Positions 1-15,519 of a stretch of DNA of 64,000 nucleotides are shown in pieces. Positions within the stretch are counted from its first letter, which is position 1; each line of letters starts with the position of its first letter. The notes beneath the pieces are model-generated. The model was given only the letters and a program-made list of their open reading frames with translations. It had not been told where the DNA came from and ran no database searches. A program made the position numbers and the translations under genes. This DNA is from Octopus vulgaris (Eukaryota): contig OX597815.1 of assembly GCA_951406725.2 (NCBI GenBank), forward strand, positions 52,390,001-52,454,000. The letters are read 5' to 3'.

Positions 1-269
1 ATTTACATCAAAGAATTATTTTGGGGCATTATAATACAGTACATGAAACAAAACTTAATAGAAAAATATTAGTTGACAGCACCTCTATCTTTTTTTTTGT
101 TTTAGAATTCCACAAAAATGAAATGGTTAAATATGAAAGTGTTATTAACAGCAAGATATTATATAAACCAAACACCAATTCAAAGATATATACATAAAAT
201 AAACATTGAAAGTTACCAGTCATGGACTGTTTTAACATTTATCTTTTACTTGTTACAATAATTGAACTG

Positions 270-641
270 TGGGTATGTTGTGGCACTGCCTTGAAGTGTT
301 TAGTGGAACAAATCTACTCCAGTATTTATTTTTTAAGTCTGGTTCTTATTTTACCAGTCACTTATGACAAACTGCTAAGTTATGGGTGATGTAAACAAAA
401 CACCAATTGTGAAGCTGCAGTGGGTGACAAACATAAAGACACACACACACACAAACACACAACATTGCATACATAGATACATGCATACATGCATGCATAT
501 ATACATACACACATAGATACATGCATACATATATGCATGCATGTATGCATACGTAGATACATGCATGCATGCTTACATACATACTTACATACATATTTAC
601 ACACATACATACATACATACCTACATACATACATACATACG

Positions 642-697
<56 letters not shown>

Positions 698-900
698 CTA
701 CTATGAACTTCCCAAAAGAGGTTGTTTCTTCACATTTACGCATTTACTCAAAGAAATATAACCATTTCTTTTACCAGGCTTGCATACACACACATACACA
801 ATGGGCTTCTTCACATCTTCAGTCTAGCATTTCACTCAGAAGTCATTGTTTGGCCCAAAGTTATAGTCAGAAGAGTGCAGTGGGACTGAACCTGAAACAA
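270..900 (-). mobile_element. Decayed SINE (family B) split by an expanded CA/TACA/TA microsatellite
   Basis: 270-460 and 790-900 resemble the reverse complement of the full copy at 58115-58630; the microsatellite lies at the same internal position. Confidence 0.65.
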
Positions 901-977
901 CAGTTTTAATATTATTCCCATGATTCTTTGCTGCCAAAGACAAAAAACACAAACAATGCAGCACTACTACCAGCATT

Positions 978-1020
978 TTATTCAGATGAAGAGACCAGGA
1001 ATGTCTTGAAAAGTTAATGG
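978..1020 (+). ncRNA. Degenerate minimal type I hammerhead-like motif
   Basis: TTATT-CAGATGA-A-GAGAC(caggaat)GTCTT-GAAA-AG-TT-AATGG; stems I and II pair, with substitutions in the core and stem III. Confidence 0.45.
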
Positions 1021-1505
1021 ACTTTGAAATGCTATTGTTTCCAATGAAATGTTAGAAGACGTACTATCAATCTTTTAGAAAAAAAATAAAGATTAAATTT
1101 GAACATCACCATATCATAAGCATAATATCTACATCAACACACACACACATGCACACCTAGTTACAATCATACACATATACATAGATAGCTAGGTTTCTGT
1201 CAGGTAATCATAGTAATTGGCAATAAAAATGAAATCAATGTCACAAACTGAGTAGAGATACTTGTTTATTGTTTTCTTTACAACACAGCCAGATGTTACA
1301 ACTCATCTCAGTGAGGAGTCGAGAGACATAACATCTGTCTGTGTTGGAAACAGATAATATATATTTATTATCGAACACACTCAATGTATATACTTTGCTT
1401 ACATTGAGTATGTTGAGTTTGATAATGTTTACAACACTAGTGTTGCATCTAATTCATATTTGAATATATATACAGAAATTTACAAGTGCTGGAAAGGACT
1501 CACCA

Positions 1506-2533
1506 TCATAGAAGATTTTGAAAATAATTTCCTGTAGCATCCATAAACAGCTGTGCACCTCTAACCATATTTAGGGGCACCCGGCATAAAATAGTGACAT
1601 TGATGGTGATGGCCACATGCATGATATTATCCTTCAGTTCCTGTAGTATGTGCGGACTTCTTTTGTATACTGTGCTCTACAAGTGTTCCCAGAGATAATA
1701 ATCACACATTGAATAGTTAGAAGAATGTGGTGGCCACAAGTTTTGCTAGCTGTGTGTTTCTCAGTCATGGGCTCACTGTATGGACACCAGAGAAATATGG
1801 AAAGTCACTCTGTCCTGCTGGAAGAAGTACACCTGTCTTTCATCTTCAGCGTGTTGAACACAAAACTGGTCATGTGGACCAATGTTCATGTAGACTTCTA
1901 TGTTGACAGAGTTGTCATAAAATATGAGTTCAATGATGCATGTCCTAAACACTAAACGCCTATTTTTTTTTTTTTATTGTGGAGTGACTTTTCATACACA
2001 AGGTGTGGATTCTCCACTGCTTAGTACTGTGCATTTTGTGAATTTACATGGCTGGAGAGATGAAACCGTACCTTGTCATTCATTATATAGTGGGTGTAGC
2101 TCACTATTAGCAATGCTATTCAGAAGCCATGTGCAGTAATTTACTTGTTTTCTTCTTGCCATCCACTTTTAATTGCTGCACACATGTGAAATGATATGGC
2201 TTAAACCTTAGACTTTTCAACAGCTGTTGGCATGACCAGCTTATAAGAGACTACTGCACCAATTTAAGATCTGACTCCTTTGGACTTCAAATAATTCTTT
2301 GATGACTATCCTGAGTTACTCCTGGCATTCAAATTGTTGGGTGTCTTAGTTTTGGAGTGTTGTACTCTGACCCCATTGTGCACCACGTCTCAATCAACAT
2401 TTGTATTGTTCTTTTTGCCAACAAACCTTTAAGCAGAAACTTGACTTCAAAAAACTTCATGCTTTTGCTTAGCAGAACCTGTTCTCACATTCACTTCCAC
2501 AATCTCCATTCTTTCTGCGACTGAGTATATCAT
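1506..2533 (-). pseudogene. Decayed Tc1/mariner-superfamily transposase (rosa/maT-like)
   Basis: Manual translation gives MIYSVAERMEIVE..., RFHLSSHVNSQNAQY*AVENPH and LWPPHSSNYSMCDYYLWEHL*STVYKRSPHILQELKDNI...YFQNLL*, matching FHLxGxVNxQN and WPPxSPDLxPxDxxLWG motifs; stops and frameshifts present. Confidence 0.85.
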
Positions 2534-2780
2534 CTTGCAGAAAAGGTTAAAAATGTTCACTCAAAGCAATCTTAAAAATCAACAAATCTGTTGAGGATGC
2601 AGTGAAAATAATATAGCAAACAGTCAACTTGTGCACCATCTTTGTTTAACAATTACAAGCAGTCAAAATAACACTTTGACACTTGCAAATGAAAGGCTGG
2701 TAGATTTTTTTGTGTCTGTAACTTTATTTCTGTATTTACCTTATGCTATGGAACCCAAGTTACTATTTTGTGTGCCAACC

Positions 2781-2782
2781 TG

Positions 2783-2829
<47 letters not shown>

Positions 2830-2870
2830 ATATATATATGTATATATATATGTATATATATATGTATATA

Positions 2871-2920
<50 letters not shown>

Positions 2921-2930
2921 CATACATATA
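2781..2930. repeat. (TA)n/(TG)n compound microsatellite
   Basis: Directly visible. Confidence 0.95.
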
Positions 2931-3075
2931 TTCTTTTACTTGTTCCAGTCATCTGACTGTGGCTAATATGGGGCACCACCTTAAATGGTTTTAGTCAAAG
3001 AAAGCGATCCCAAGACTTATTCCTTGTAAGCCCAATACTTTGATCTCTATTGATCTCTTTTGCTGAACTGCTACA
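2930..3075 (-). mobile_element. SINE family B 3' fragment
   Basis: ttcttttacttgttccagtc...gggcaccacc...ctcttttgctgaactgcta matches the reverse of the family B tail. Confidence 0.7.
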
Positions 3076-3344
3076 TACATACATACACAACACACATAAG
3101 GATATAAAGTCATACACATATACATACATACATACATACATACATACATACATACACAACACACATATACACACACACAAAAACGTACATACACTCATAC
3201 ACACGCATACAGGGGTGCAAGTATGAGGGAAGATACAAGTAAAATAAAGAAGTACGTATTCACACAAGACGTATATAAATATAAATAAATAAATATACAT
3301 AAACATATACAGCTATATACGCATACACACATACATGCACACAG

Positions 3345-3390
<46 letters not shown>

Positions 3391-3456
3391 ACAAACATAC
3401 ATAAAACATAAACATGTACATACATGTGTGCATATCTATATAATATATATATATAT

Positions 3457-3593
3457 AATAGTGTTCATTTAAACACAAGAGAAACTACCTTTAACAGGCA
3501 GTTTTACACGCTAGGAGAAGCAGCCAAAACTTCTTCTAGAGTGTAAAACTGCCTGCTAAAGGTAGTTTATCTTGTGTTTAAATGTACGCTATT
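3457..3593. repeat. Short palindrome (MITE-like foldback)
   Basis: Arms of about 60 bp (catttaaacacaaga...aggcagttttacac / gtgtaaaactgcct...tcttgtgtttaaatg) around a short loop. Confidence 0.8.
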
Positions 3594-3699
3594 TTATATT
3601 GAGAATATGTTGTCTATTGACTTCTTTTATACATGCTAGGCCACTGTTAGTGAAATTTCTAAAAAAAACTCGCTACCCTATAGTTTATACGTATGTATT

Positions 3700-3733
<34 letters not shown>

Positions 3734-3879
3734 GATACACACATATACACATGTGCACACATAAAATAGACATAATATATACACATTCATCCAAACAAAA
3801 AATAAAAAAACACAAATGTGCATGCAAAATGCACCAAAGAATAGCATTAAAAAACCTATAGAAATACATTCATACATAC

Positions 3880-3958
<79 letters not shown>

Positions 3959-4034
3959 AAATAATAAAATAGAACATAGGCATATATACATACATATATG
4001 TACGTACCTACATCTATATGTATATATACATGCA

Positions 4035-4530
4035 TATATGGTTACAGGATACCAAAAAAACGTCGAACACGATGAGAAACGAAAACATAAAAACAAAACC
4101 AAGGAAACGGAAATTTTTTTAAACAACGAAAAAACAGAGTAAAAGACATACAACACAAGGAAAATTCCCCTTCTTCAGCCGCCTCAGTTTCGTCTACTCC
4201 GTGTTTCGAAGGTAAAGGCGAGACACGACTTCGTGGAAACAGTCCTTCTCGCAAAGCAAATTAAATAAAATTTGAGATTTTTTGCGGAGGGGTAAAAGTG
4301 GTAACAAAAACAGGACAGTAAAGACAATACAAATAAAAACAGTAAAAGACAGGACAAGAAGAATAACAGTAATACAAACATTAAGGGCTGTTAAGTCTGA
4401 ACGAAAGAAAAATTATTTTGAACACTTTGAAAACGGCTTGAGAGGGACAGAGAAATCCGTCTACACTTGTTGGAAGTAGTAGTCAGAAAGGCAGTAGACC
4501 TCTGGTCACGTGTCAGTGACGGGAGTCACA
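4035..4530 (-). mobile_element. Non-coding interspersed repeat, divergent relative of 35030-35495
   Basis: Shares tgacacgtgacc, GGAGTAGA, CTGA(A/T)GAAG, tcgttgttt and the terminal block in the same order as 35030-35495. Confidence 0.55.
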
Positions 4531-4559
4531 GATATACACACCGTGTTAATGTATTCACA

Positions 4560-4767
4560 CACAAAAACATGCATATACATACAAAACAAGTATACATACA
4601 TACACTTGTATATACACATGTAGACAAAAAGATATAATATATTCATGCGCAAACACAAAAACACACAAGTAAATCATGCATACATACCTACATGCGAATA
4701 TCTACATATATGCATATATAAGTATGCATACACATAAAAATACACACACAGAAAGATATACATATGT

Positions 4768-4803
<36 letters not shown>

Positions 4804-5000
4804 GAACATACATACATATACATACACACATATACATACATATATATACACAGATACATATAAAACACGAGCGCAAGTGCATAAACATACCCACGCAAAC
4901 ATACATACATATATACATACATACATGCATACATGCATACACATACATACGTACATACATACATACATACATACATACATACATACATACATACATACAC
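4560..5000. repeat. (TACA)n/(CA)n/(TA)n compound microsatellite
   Basis: Directly visible. Confidence 0.9.
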
Positions 5001-5058
5001 ATAACCTTAGAGTGTAATAAGAACTAATAAGAAAATGAAAAAGAGGTAATCAATAAGA

Positions 5059-5278
5059 CTATTTAAGTTTAATTAAAAGAAATTTGGACATATGTTTACA
5101 AGAGAAAACACTTTCATCTTTTGAATTTAAAATAGAACCGTTCATTTTCATAATTATATAAGACTCTTCAAGGCATAAAAGGCACGTTCTATTTCTAATT
5201 CTATAAGAGGGGGCAGAAGAAACAATATTCCAAGAAACTGAGAAATGTATGTTGTCTCTTTTAAGTTGCCATATCTTA
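5059..5278 (-). mobile_element. Penelope-like element, C-terminal end of GIY-YIG endonuclease
   Basis: IWQLKRDNIHFSVSWNIVSSAPSY...CLLCLEESYII...ILNSKDESVFSCKH, homologous to the end of 61928-62641. Confidence 0.8.
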
Positions 5279-5358
5279 TGTATGTATGTATGTATGTATG
5301 TATGTATGTATGTATGTATGTATGTATGTATGTATGTATACATACATACATACATACG

Positions 5359-5986
5359 TGTAGAGATCTAGCTCGATCCTGCTTGATATTTGAAACCAAA
5401 ATCCACCTGCTTGTTGCTTGTTAAAACCAGCGGGGAAATCCTCTCCACACCAGATGATTGATGAGGAAACACTCAACGCCCTAGGACCTGTATTGGTCAA
5501 GGAAAGGTTAGTCCTTTGTTTAGGGTTTGACCTGCATTACTGACCATAGTCTATATAACAGAGAGTATTTCCTATCTCTTCCTCTTACGTGTCAGCTATG
5601 ACCAAGAAGCAACACGCTCTTTTGCGTCAGCCATGACCAAGAGCAGCCCTCTCCTCGGCCGCAAGAAAGACGATGCTGCCTCTATCCTTTCTTGTCAGCA
5701 CCGTGCATTCCTTACTCTTTCACCCTCTACTGACAGACAACCTTTTTCCACACTACCAACTACTAACCAGCTACCCATCCTTGTTGTTACTATCACTAGA
5801 ATTGCTACTGACTCCTTAACTACCTGTCGGGCAAACGAATAAACATATGTAAATAATATTTCTTCTTTCTTGGTGTTGATTCTTCGATGTTTACTGGTTA
5901 CTCCGACGCTAGAACCTACACGCTACAATTAGTAGTGGGCTACATTAAATCGAATTGATATGGTACATCACATCCAGCCTGCTACA
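5359..5986 (+). mobile_element. Solo LTR (probably Gypsy-type)
   Basis: TGTAG...CTACA termini; 4-bp direct repeat TACG at 5355-5358 and 5987-5990; TATA-like ctatataa near 5551 and AATAAA near 5838. Confidence 0.8.
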
Positions 5987-6316
5987 TACGTACGTACATT
6001 TATATACTAGAATCGAAAAATGCGTACGCTCTTAAAAAAAACCTTAAAAAGTTCGTTGCTCAAAAGTATTGAAATCACTATATGTTGTACATTCTGTGAC
6101 ATCTTAAAATGGAAAGAGACTCGTGTGAATTACGATGTCACGATAATTATTAAACCGAGTTCCTAATATAAAAATTTGAAAATGTACAAAATATGATCTT
6201 TAACTTCAAGTAAGTAAATTCATTATAATAATTTTCATACCAAAGTATATAAAAAACATATTTCACACTGCATGCAAATTACCATTATAATAAAAAAAAA
6301 CTGGATTTATGATGAA

Positions 6317-7219
6317 CTAGCAGTATCGCCCGGCATTGCTGGGGTTTGTAAGGGAAATAACTATAAAGCATTTTTAGAGAGTTATAGCCAAAAATAGCAA
6401 AAAATGCATTAAAAATGGAAAAAAAATTATGGTAATTTTTTTTAAATCGTTGACTCATCGTAGACATTTTTAGAGAGTTACTTCCCTTATATAAAAAAAA
6501 ATATGCATTAAAATGGAAAAAATGATGGTAAATTATTTTAAAAATCGTAGACTCATCGTAGACGCGCGCTAATACCCAGAAGGGCTCGATATGAATCACG
6601 ACTATAAGCTACCCGGTTTTGGTTAAACTGCATCGCAAAATGTGGGATTAGTTAGGAATCTAAATCGGAGTAGACAGACACAGAACCTTTCTTTTATATA
6701 TAAAGACTAGCAGTATCGCCCGGCGTTGCTCGGGTTTGTTAGGGAAATAACTATATAAGCATTTTTAGAGAGTTACTTCCCTTATAGATGCCAATTCGGG
6801 CTTTCTTAGCCATTTCTGTTTTGGTGTCTTCAAGCCATGAAGTCGTTGTTCTAAAAGAACGCTGGTCTCCTTGACAACGCTTTACGACGTTGATTTCCTT
6901 ACACTCCCTTCCCCACAGCTTCACGAGGGAGGGAAGAAGGGGGAGAAGCAAACAGGTGCAGGTGTGACCATGGACGCCAACTCCGCCGCCATCGACACAC
7001 GAAAAATTATGCATTAAAATGGAATAAAAAATGATGTTAAATTATTTTTAAAATCGTAGACTCATCGTAGACGCGCGCTAATACTCAGACGGGCTCGATA
7101 TGAATCACGACTATAAGATACCCGAATTTGGTTAAACTGCACCGCAAAATGTGGGAGTAGTTAGGAATCTAAATCGAAGGGGACAGACACTCACACAACT
7201 ACAGTTTTATATATATAGA
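6317..7219 (-). mobile_element. Two tandem non-autonomous Helitrons (6317-6706 and 6707-7219)
   Basis: On the minus strand each unit starts TC and ends with a GC hairpin (CCCGAGCAACGCCGGG) plus CTAG; the pair sits between A and T with no TSD. Confidence 0.85.
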
Positions 7220-7685
7220 TTTGAATCTATATAACAGCGAAAGTCCGAAACCGAAATAATTATAAGAAAGATTACTCGCATTATGATGCATATATTGATG
7301 GAATAGTTATGCGAATTAAACAAATTATTGCTAAATTATTTTTGATAGATTACTTATAAATTTATAAAAATTATCATTCATATTGCGTAAAAGATGACAT
7401 TAGTATTTGTACACAATTGTTTTGTTAAAATTGAGCATACGATAATTTAACTTAATTTCGATAAAATAAACAAATTTCTTGTGATAAAAAGATGCCATAG
7501 AATATACAACATATTGTGATTCCACTATTTTTGAGCAACTATGCTAGTCCCATATTTTTTAAAGTTTATGATGGCATTCTGTAACCCTTTTGAGCATGTG
7601 CATTTTTCTATTCTAGTTTCGTACTTTTTTAGGCAACGCTTGTAATATTTTATATATTTACCATATTTCTCCTAATGGTGTGGCA

Positions 7686-8180
7686 GCTAATGGGTGTACG
7701 TCTGTGTGCACGCTTGTTCTTGTGCTTGTGTATGTGTGCATGTTCTTGTATAGTCCCACAGACCTTGTTTAAATTAGCTTTAAAATTAACAGAAATCAAT
7801 GTCCTTTATATTTCTTTCTTTCGCATTTCCTTTAATTAATAATAAGTGTTAATTTACATTTATTCCTTTTCTCCATGCATGTTGCAATATTTTGGCTCTT
7901 TGTTGCATGTTGCAATATTTCGGCTGTTTGGTGGTTAAAAAAGACACAACATGGACTATTATAACTAATACAGATTTTTCAACGTTGATCTCGTTTTCTC
8001 CTTGGAAATTTACGGATTTTACATACACAAATGAAGCAGGTAAGAACAAATATGCAAAGATTTTCTGAAGTTTAAAATGCGACATTGTTGTTCTTATGCC
8101 TACATTCCACACACATAAATACATAAAAACAGAACACGCGGGAACACACACACACTCACACAAACGTACACCCATTAGCT
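7686..8180. repeat. Segment bounded by ~22-bp inverted repeats (possible MITE)
   Basis: agctaatgggtgtacgtctgtg and cacaaacgtacacccattagct. Confidence 0.5.
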
Positions 8181-8224
8181 TCCTCTTCCACTTTTACATG
8201 TCAAACAGAACAAGCACACACGAA

Positions 8225-9042
8225 GACTGCTCCATTGGTTGATGATAGGCTTTGACGAAGATCAACTGGCCAACCTGTTCCAAAGAACAGTCGGGCCAGG
8301 GCCTATGGATAATTACCAAAAGTCCTTGGCCTGGCAATGTTACAGAGGAGCTTTACCGGTTCGAGATAAGCTCTTTAGACATGGGTGCGCGCCTTTGCCC
8401 GTTTGTGCAAGATGCGAAGAGGACAGTGAAACTGTCCCTGCACGCGATTGTGCAATGCCCCAAGGTGACTGAACTCTGGGTTTATGCCGAACACCTGCTG
8501 TTGCATTCGAGAAGAGTACAACTGTCGAGCGAATCTGTAATTAAAATCGTTCTACCGACCTCCCTGAATAGGGAGGAGCGAGCCTGTTTTCTCTCGGTAG
8601 TTGCTGTTGCAAAAGAGGTAGTATGGAAGACGAGAGTGAAAGGAATTGCAACAGGCATGTTCATCTCTAGTCTCGAGCTAATCGACTTTTTCGTTTTCCA
8701 CATGAAACGGAAAATAAGGCTGGAGAAGAAACGTCTGTCGCAAAGTGTGTTTCGTAAAAGATGGAAGTCTATAGATAGAATGTTGCGAGTGAAAGAACCT
8801 GTTTAAACGAGAATATAAAAAGGAGACAGCAAAGTCTTCAGTGTGAGTCTGTGGTTTGTGGGGTCAATCGCGTCCTCTGCTTCATTTTTTGTAAATCACT
8901 GATTCTCATTTAATTGTATATATTTTAATTGTTTGTTTATTCATGCGTTTCATCTCATTCGATACCCTGACTCCAATGTTTGTTTTCTCTGACCTCATAT
9001 CGTCCCTTCTTTTTCTCAACCTCATGGTTAATAAAGAAATTG
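8225..9042 (+). mobile_element. 5'-truncated Tx1/L1-clade LINE, ORF2 C-terminus and 3' UTR
   Basis: SLAWQCYRGALPVRDKL...CARCEEDSETV / HAIVQCP is a CCHC zf-RVT-type region broken by one frameshift; T-rich UTR ends at AATAAA near 9030. Confidence 0.8.
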
Positions 9043-9347
9043 ACTGAAAATTAAGCAATAAAACACAATCACCACGCAAACGGCTGTACCTCCACTCTCA
9101 CTTTTATTCACAAGCTAGGCATATATTGTCAGACATGCAGCAGACTCGACTATAACACTCTATTGTCTATCATTGTGTGCCTGACAAATATGTAGTTGCG
9201 AGGGAAAGGTTTAGAGTGACTTCAAGTTTCAGCTCATTTGGCAATTCTCTCAAAGGCAACTGTGCTGAAACTTCAGAGTCACTGTCATCCTTTCTCTTTG
9301 TAAAAATAAATATGAATGATATTCTGTGTACTGAGTGATCCTCTGCA

Positions 9348-9385
<38 letters not shown>

Positions 9386-9894
9386 CTGAAGTCATAATGA
9401 TTTCAAATGGAGTAGTAGATGAATGGAATGATATCAATGTTATTTAGATAAAATTGTTGTTATTCTGCTATTTGTTTTGCAATTTATATGTTACTGTTGG
9501 TACATTCTTTAGTGTTGCTTCATGTTTTTCATCCTATTGATTTTTATCTTCAATTGTAGTTTGAGTTATTTAGAGTTCTTCCATTGTCTGGTTTGGGACT
9601 TGGACTAGTTTAAATGTTTCCATTGTTTCTTATTTTTATATCAAGGTAGTATTTAAGGGTCTTTACATTTAATTGGATCTAGATCAAAGTTTTAGTTTGC
9701 TATTAGAGTCAGTTCATGAGAAATTCAGTGGTATAGAGGATTTATTGAGTTAGGTAGGTATTAGCTTGCAATTACATTATGGTGGATTTGTGACATACAT
9801 AAATGCTGTATACCACTAAATTTCTCATGAACCAATTATTCACATGTCTGTGTGTGTGTATACATATATGTCTCAGAAAAGTAAGTAGTATGAT

Positions 9895-10985
<1,091 letters not shown>

Positions 10986-12094
10986 ACACATTTACATTCT
11001 GATGCGTGTGGTCATTGGAATATATTCAAATGAATCTATATGTGTGTATATCTAAGCTATACATATATACGTGTTATTGACAGCTATCCATGTATGTGTC
11101 TATTTGTACATACAAAATTGAGTGCATATATCATATCTGTGTGTATTCTTACTTTTTACATGCATTTATTCATGCATACATATAGGTATGCACACTTGTA
11201 TATGAAACAGTATTTATATGTTTCTATGTGCTTCTATGTATGTATGTGTATTGTATTTTGAACTGATTTTGTACTTTTATTACAGTGATTTCAGCAAGAG
11301 CTATGAATAAGAAATGATGTAGCCAACTGGAAGATTATAATTGCTCTGAATTACAACTGCCAGCTATAATCAACATGAACAGATTAGAAGTTGATCCAAA
11401 TTTGAATTGCAATCACTTTTACTTTACACGCTTGTTTAGCCCTTGAACATTCTGAAAGAATGTTTGTGAATGAAATAGTATCATTTAGAATCACTTCAAC
11501 AAGCAATGTTTTAGGCATTAGTTTTAGGGACATCACAAGAGGTTGCATAATATGACCAAAGCCATACAAATGCAAAACTGAAGAATTTAAATTTTATGTT
11601 ATTATCACAAGCATATATTGTGAGCCAATGAAGGTGCTTCTCTATTTTTCCTTGATCTGTTAAAAATAGTAGCCAAATCTCCTTTAAATTACACCCTTCT
11701 GTATTTATAAATAAAAAGTAATAAATAGATCTTTGTTAGTTTCAGTGGTGAATATTCAATTGTTTGGTCAGCTGAACTCCCAGCTCACTGAATTGGCATG
11801 TAAATGGCTAAATATACCAAGGATACAATTTCTCTTAATGCAATTCTCAGATTGAATGAGTGTATTGTTGTTTGATAGGCTGGAGCTTTAACATATTTGC
11901 TCAAAATCCATCTGGTTGACTTATAGTTTCTGTCTATTCATTTTCACTCACAAAACTTGGGTTGACTGAAGGCTAAGGTAAAAGAGACTTGTCTGAGATA
12001 TTATGCTGTGGAATTGAACCTGAGATTATTTTCTGATTGTAAAATGAGCTTTGTAATTAATTGGGCATGCTGCATCCTAAAAATGGTAGTACAT

Positions 12095-12313
12095 ATTGGT
12101 TTTAAGTTTTGGTTGAAGGGCATCAATTTCAGTGGAGGGGTAAGTTGATTACATTGAGCCCAGTATTCAACTGGTATTTATTTTATCGATCTTGAAAGGG
12201 TGATGGGCAAAGTTGACCCTGGCGGCATTTGAACTTAGAATATAAAGTCGGAAGAAATACCGTCAAACATTTTTTTTGTGGTGTGGTAATGATTCTGCTA
12301 GCTTGCTACCTTA
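12095..12313 (-). mobile_element. SINE family A
   Basis: Reverse complement of the copy at 15939-16151. Confidence 0.8.
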
Positions 12314-13624
12314 ATGTTAGTATATATATAAAAAAAGTAATTTTAGAAGCACTTCCTGAATTAAAGAATGGATGGTATAGCTGGAAAGCCGTTGGCCCAT
12401 AGATCAGCTTGATCAATTCTGACCTTGGGTGAAGTAGCAGTAACTTAACAACAAACATATATCAAGAAATGATTTATTATGCCCAAACAAATACAAGTCT
12501 AATATTAAAAATATAGTTCAGAGTTTTATACAATCAATAAGCCTTATATGTGAACAATGATATGTTATTAAGTAGAAGCAATACTTCTTGAAACCCAACA
12601 CTAAGATGCAGGTTCAGTTTGTTTAAGTTGCATGTCTTTTGTAGAATAAAACTGGTGAGCAAGGCATGACAACCATATTAACTAGCTACTCACTTGTCAG
12701 AAAGCAATAGGACTGATCATCCAATGATGTGTTTATCTGAAATCTGTCAAATGGAGAAATGTTTATTCATAGGCTTAAAATGTAATTACAATAATCCCTA
12801 ATTAATTTTAAATAGAAAACAAGTCCATGCATGGTAACAACATGCATGTGTGTGTGTGTGCACGTATAAAATTGTGTACCATGGCACATCTAATAGAGAA
12901 AGGTGGTGGCTGAGAGTATAGTTGTTATTGGAACTATTATTGTCATAGTCATTGTTATCAGGTGATTTAGTTATGTTATTTCTGTTTTCCATGAGAAATT
13001 CCAGCAGCAGAGAAATCACACAATACATAGAATAAATCTCATTATTATGATTATTGTTGTTGCTTCTAGAAAGATGATGGTCATCAGGTCAAGGATGCTA
13101 GAATGTAATACAATAGTGGTTAGAAATATGTATTCAGAATGTTGCTAATAAAGAATTACAGTCTTTATGTATTTCTCATTTTCTGAAATTGGTTTCATAC
13201 ATGTCATTTATTTTATGAAGCCATGAAGCTCTTTACAATTTTCAAGACATAATTGCTTGAAGTGTCAAAAAACACCTGATTTGTGTTCATATGTTTAAAT
13301 ATCACACAAATAGTGAACTTACTTGGGATAACTGTGTCATTCACAGATAATGAAGATTTCTAACTTAGGCACAAGTTAACCAATTTTGGAGAAGAAAACA
13401 ATCAGATATATTCAATGTTTGGTTGGATTTTATTTGATCAACCCTGGAATGAAGGAAAATGAAGCTGACTTCAGCAATATTTGAACTTAAAATGTAAGGG
13501 CATGCAGCTAAACACTTGGTTTGCTATTTTACTAACTCCATCACCCTGATACAAGGAGAATACAAAGTGTGTACTTCAGTAGAAACTGGATTTGAAGGAG
13601 GTGTCTGTCAGCAAAAAAAGCAGG

Positions 13625-13945
13625 CATGCTGTTGGTTATGACAATGAGGGTTCCAGTTGATCTGACCAACAGAACAGCCTGCTCATAAAATTAGTGTGCA
13701 AGTGGCTGAGCACTCCACAGACACATGCAATATTCTATGTAGTTTCCAGGAGATTTAGCATGCCTCAGAATGTGACACGGCTGGACCTTTGAATTACAGG
13801 TACAACTCATTTCTGCCAGCTGAGTGGATTAGAGCAACATGAAATGAAGTGTCTTGCTCAAGGACACAAAGAGCTGCCAGGAATCAAACTCACGAACTTG
13901 TGATCATGAGTTGAATACCCTAACCACTAAGCCATGTGCCTTCAC
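13625..13945 (-). mobile_element. tRNA-derived SINE family C (CpG-decayed copy)
   Basis: Colinear with 54236-54566; A/B-box-like head on the minus strand. Confidence 0.85.
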
Positions 13946-15519
13946 TCTCTAGCAGTAGCAATTTTGAGTTCACTATATAGATGTGTGGTTTAGTGGCTTC
14001 TTTAACCATTCTTTATTTTTATAGGGTTTCTTTCAAAAGGACTGGGAGTATATTATCTTTATTATTACTACTATATTATCTACTATTTGCAAGGTAAATC
14101 AGAATCAGCTTCATCATAGATCAACAAGTGTTACATTTCTAAATAGAATAACACACACACACACACACAAAAAAAGATATAAAAAGACCAGTTGATGTAA
14201 AAATCCCTCATCTGCACAATTTATTATAGTTTATAAGTTAGACAGCCCTTATTGGGCAAATCTATGGTCAGAGGCTTTCCAGCTATGAACATCCAATTTT
14301 GTTTTAGACATATTGTAACAAAGATTACATTAGTCTTTTTAAGATGGTTGGATGTATTTTGGGAGAAATTTGGCAGATATTTCTAGCAGTTGAAATGACC
14401 ATGTACAGGCTGACTTATTGTCCTATCTTACAGAAGTCACTATTTGAGAGGCAATGAAACAGTATGTATGCTTCAATTGCTTTTCAAAATTTTACTGTGC
14501 TTCATTGGTTTTGTGAATAATTTACATTTGGAGATTCTTTATAAAAGTCAGGTTTTAGGAACCCTTAATCATTGAGATGTAGATTCATGCTGCTTGGTGC
14601 CAGAAGGCAATAGAATCAGGATAATCTCTTGCCAACAACTGTTCTTGAGAATGTTCACCCATGCAATTTTGGCTGTATATTATCAATATATGTATATGAA
14701 TATATATATTCTTTTACTTTTATTTCCTTTACTGGTTTCAGTTATCGCACTGTGGTTATGCCGAGGCACTGTCTTCAATTGTTAATCAATCATATCATAC
14801 CAAGTGGTTACTTTATCTCTATTTATTGAAATTTTGCTTTCCAGAACATAAAATGACACATTGGCAATATAAATACAGGCATACATATAAAAATGGCAGC
14901 TTTGTGTGTGTTTCTGTGTGCATGTGTGAGTGTGTGTGTGTGCTTGTGTGTGTGTATATATGTATGTATATATATGTGTATATATGTATATATATGTGTG
15001 TGTGTGTGTGTACATACAGTAACATTCCATTAATCTGGCCACCAGTAGCCAGATTGTTCCTGCACTGCTTTACACTTTATCAATTCTACATTTTCCCTAA
15101 GCGCCATCACTCCATCATTGTTTACACTCAAGTTAAAAACCAACAAATAAAAACAAACAAAAGACATTCGCCAGCGACCAATCTATTATCTTAATGTACT
15201 GTATCATACATTCATTAAAGCACGGCAGAGAGTACCGGCGTCAAGTGTCCGACACATTGGGAATAAGATGATGGTGAACAAAGATTTTATGTTCATAGGG
15301 AAAAGAAGTTTTGAAGGTTCAGAAGGGAATGAAAAAGAATTGAAGAGGTTTAACAGCAATTGTTGACATAGACTGGAAGGCAGCGACGACCGAGTTCAAA
15401 AACTGGTTGAACAACTTCAATATTCACACATACACATTACACATATAATTATACATATAAATCTGCGGACGACTTCATTACTAACATCGTTTTTTGTTTT
15501 GTGTGCATTCATGCTTTCA

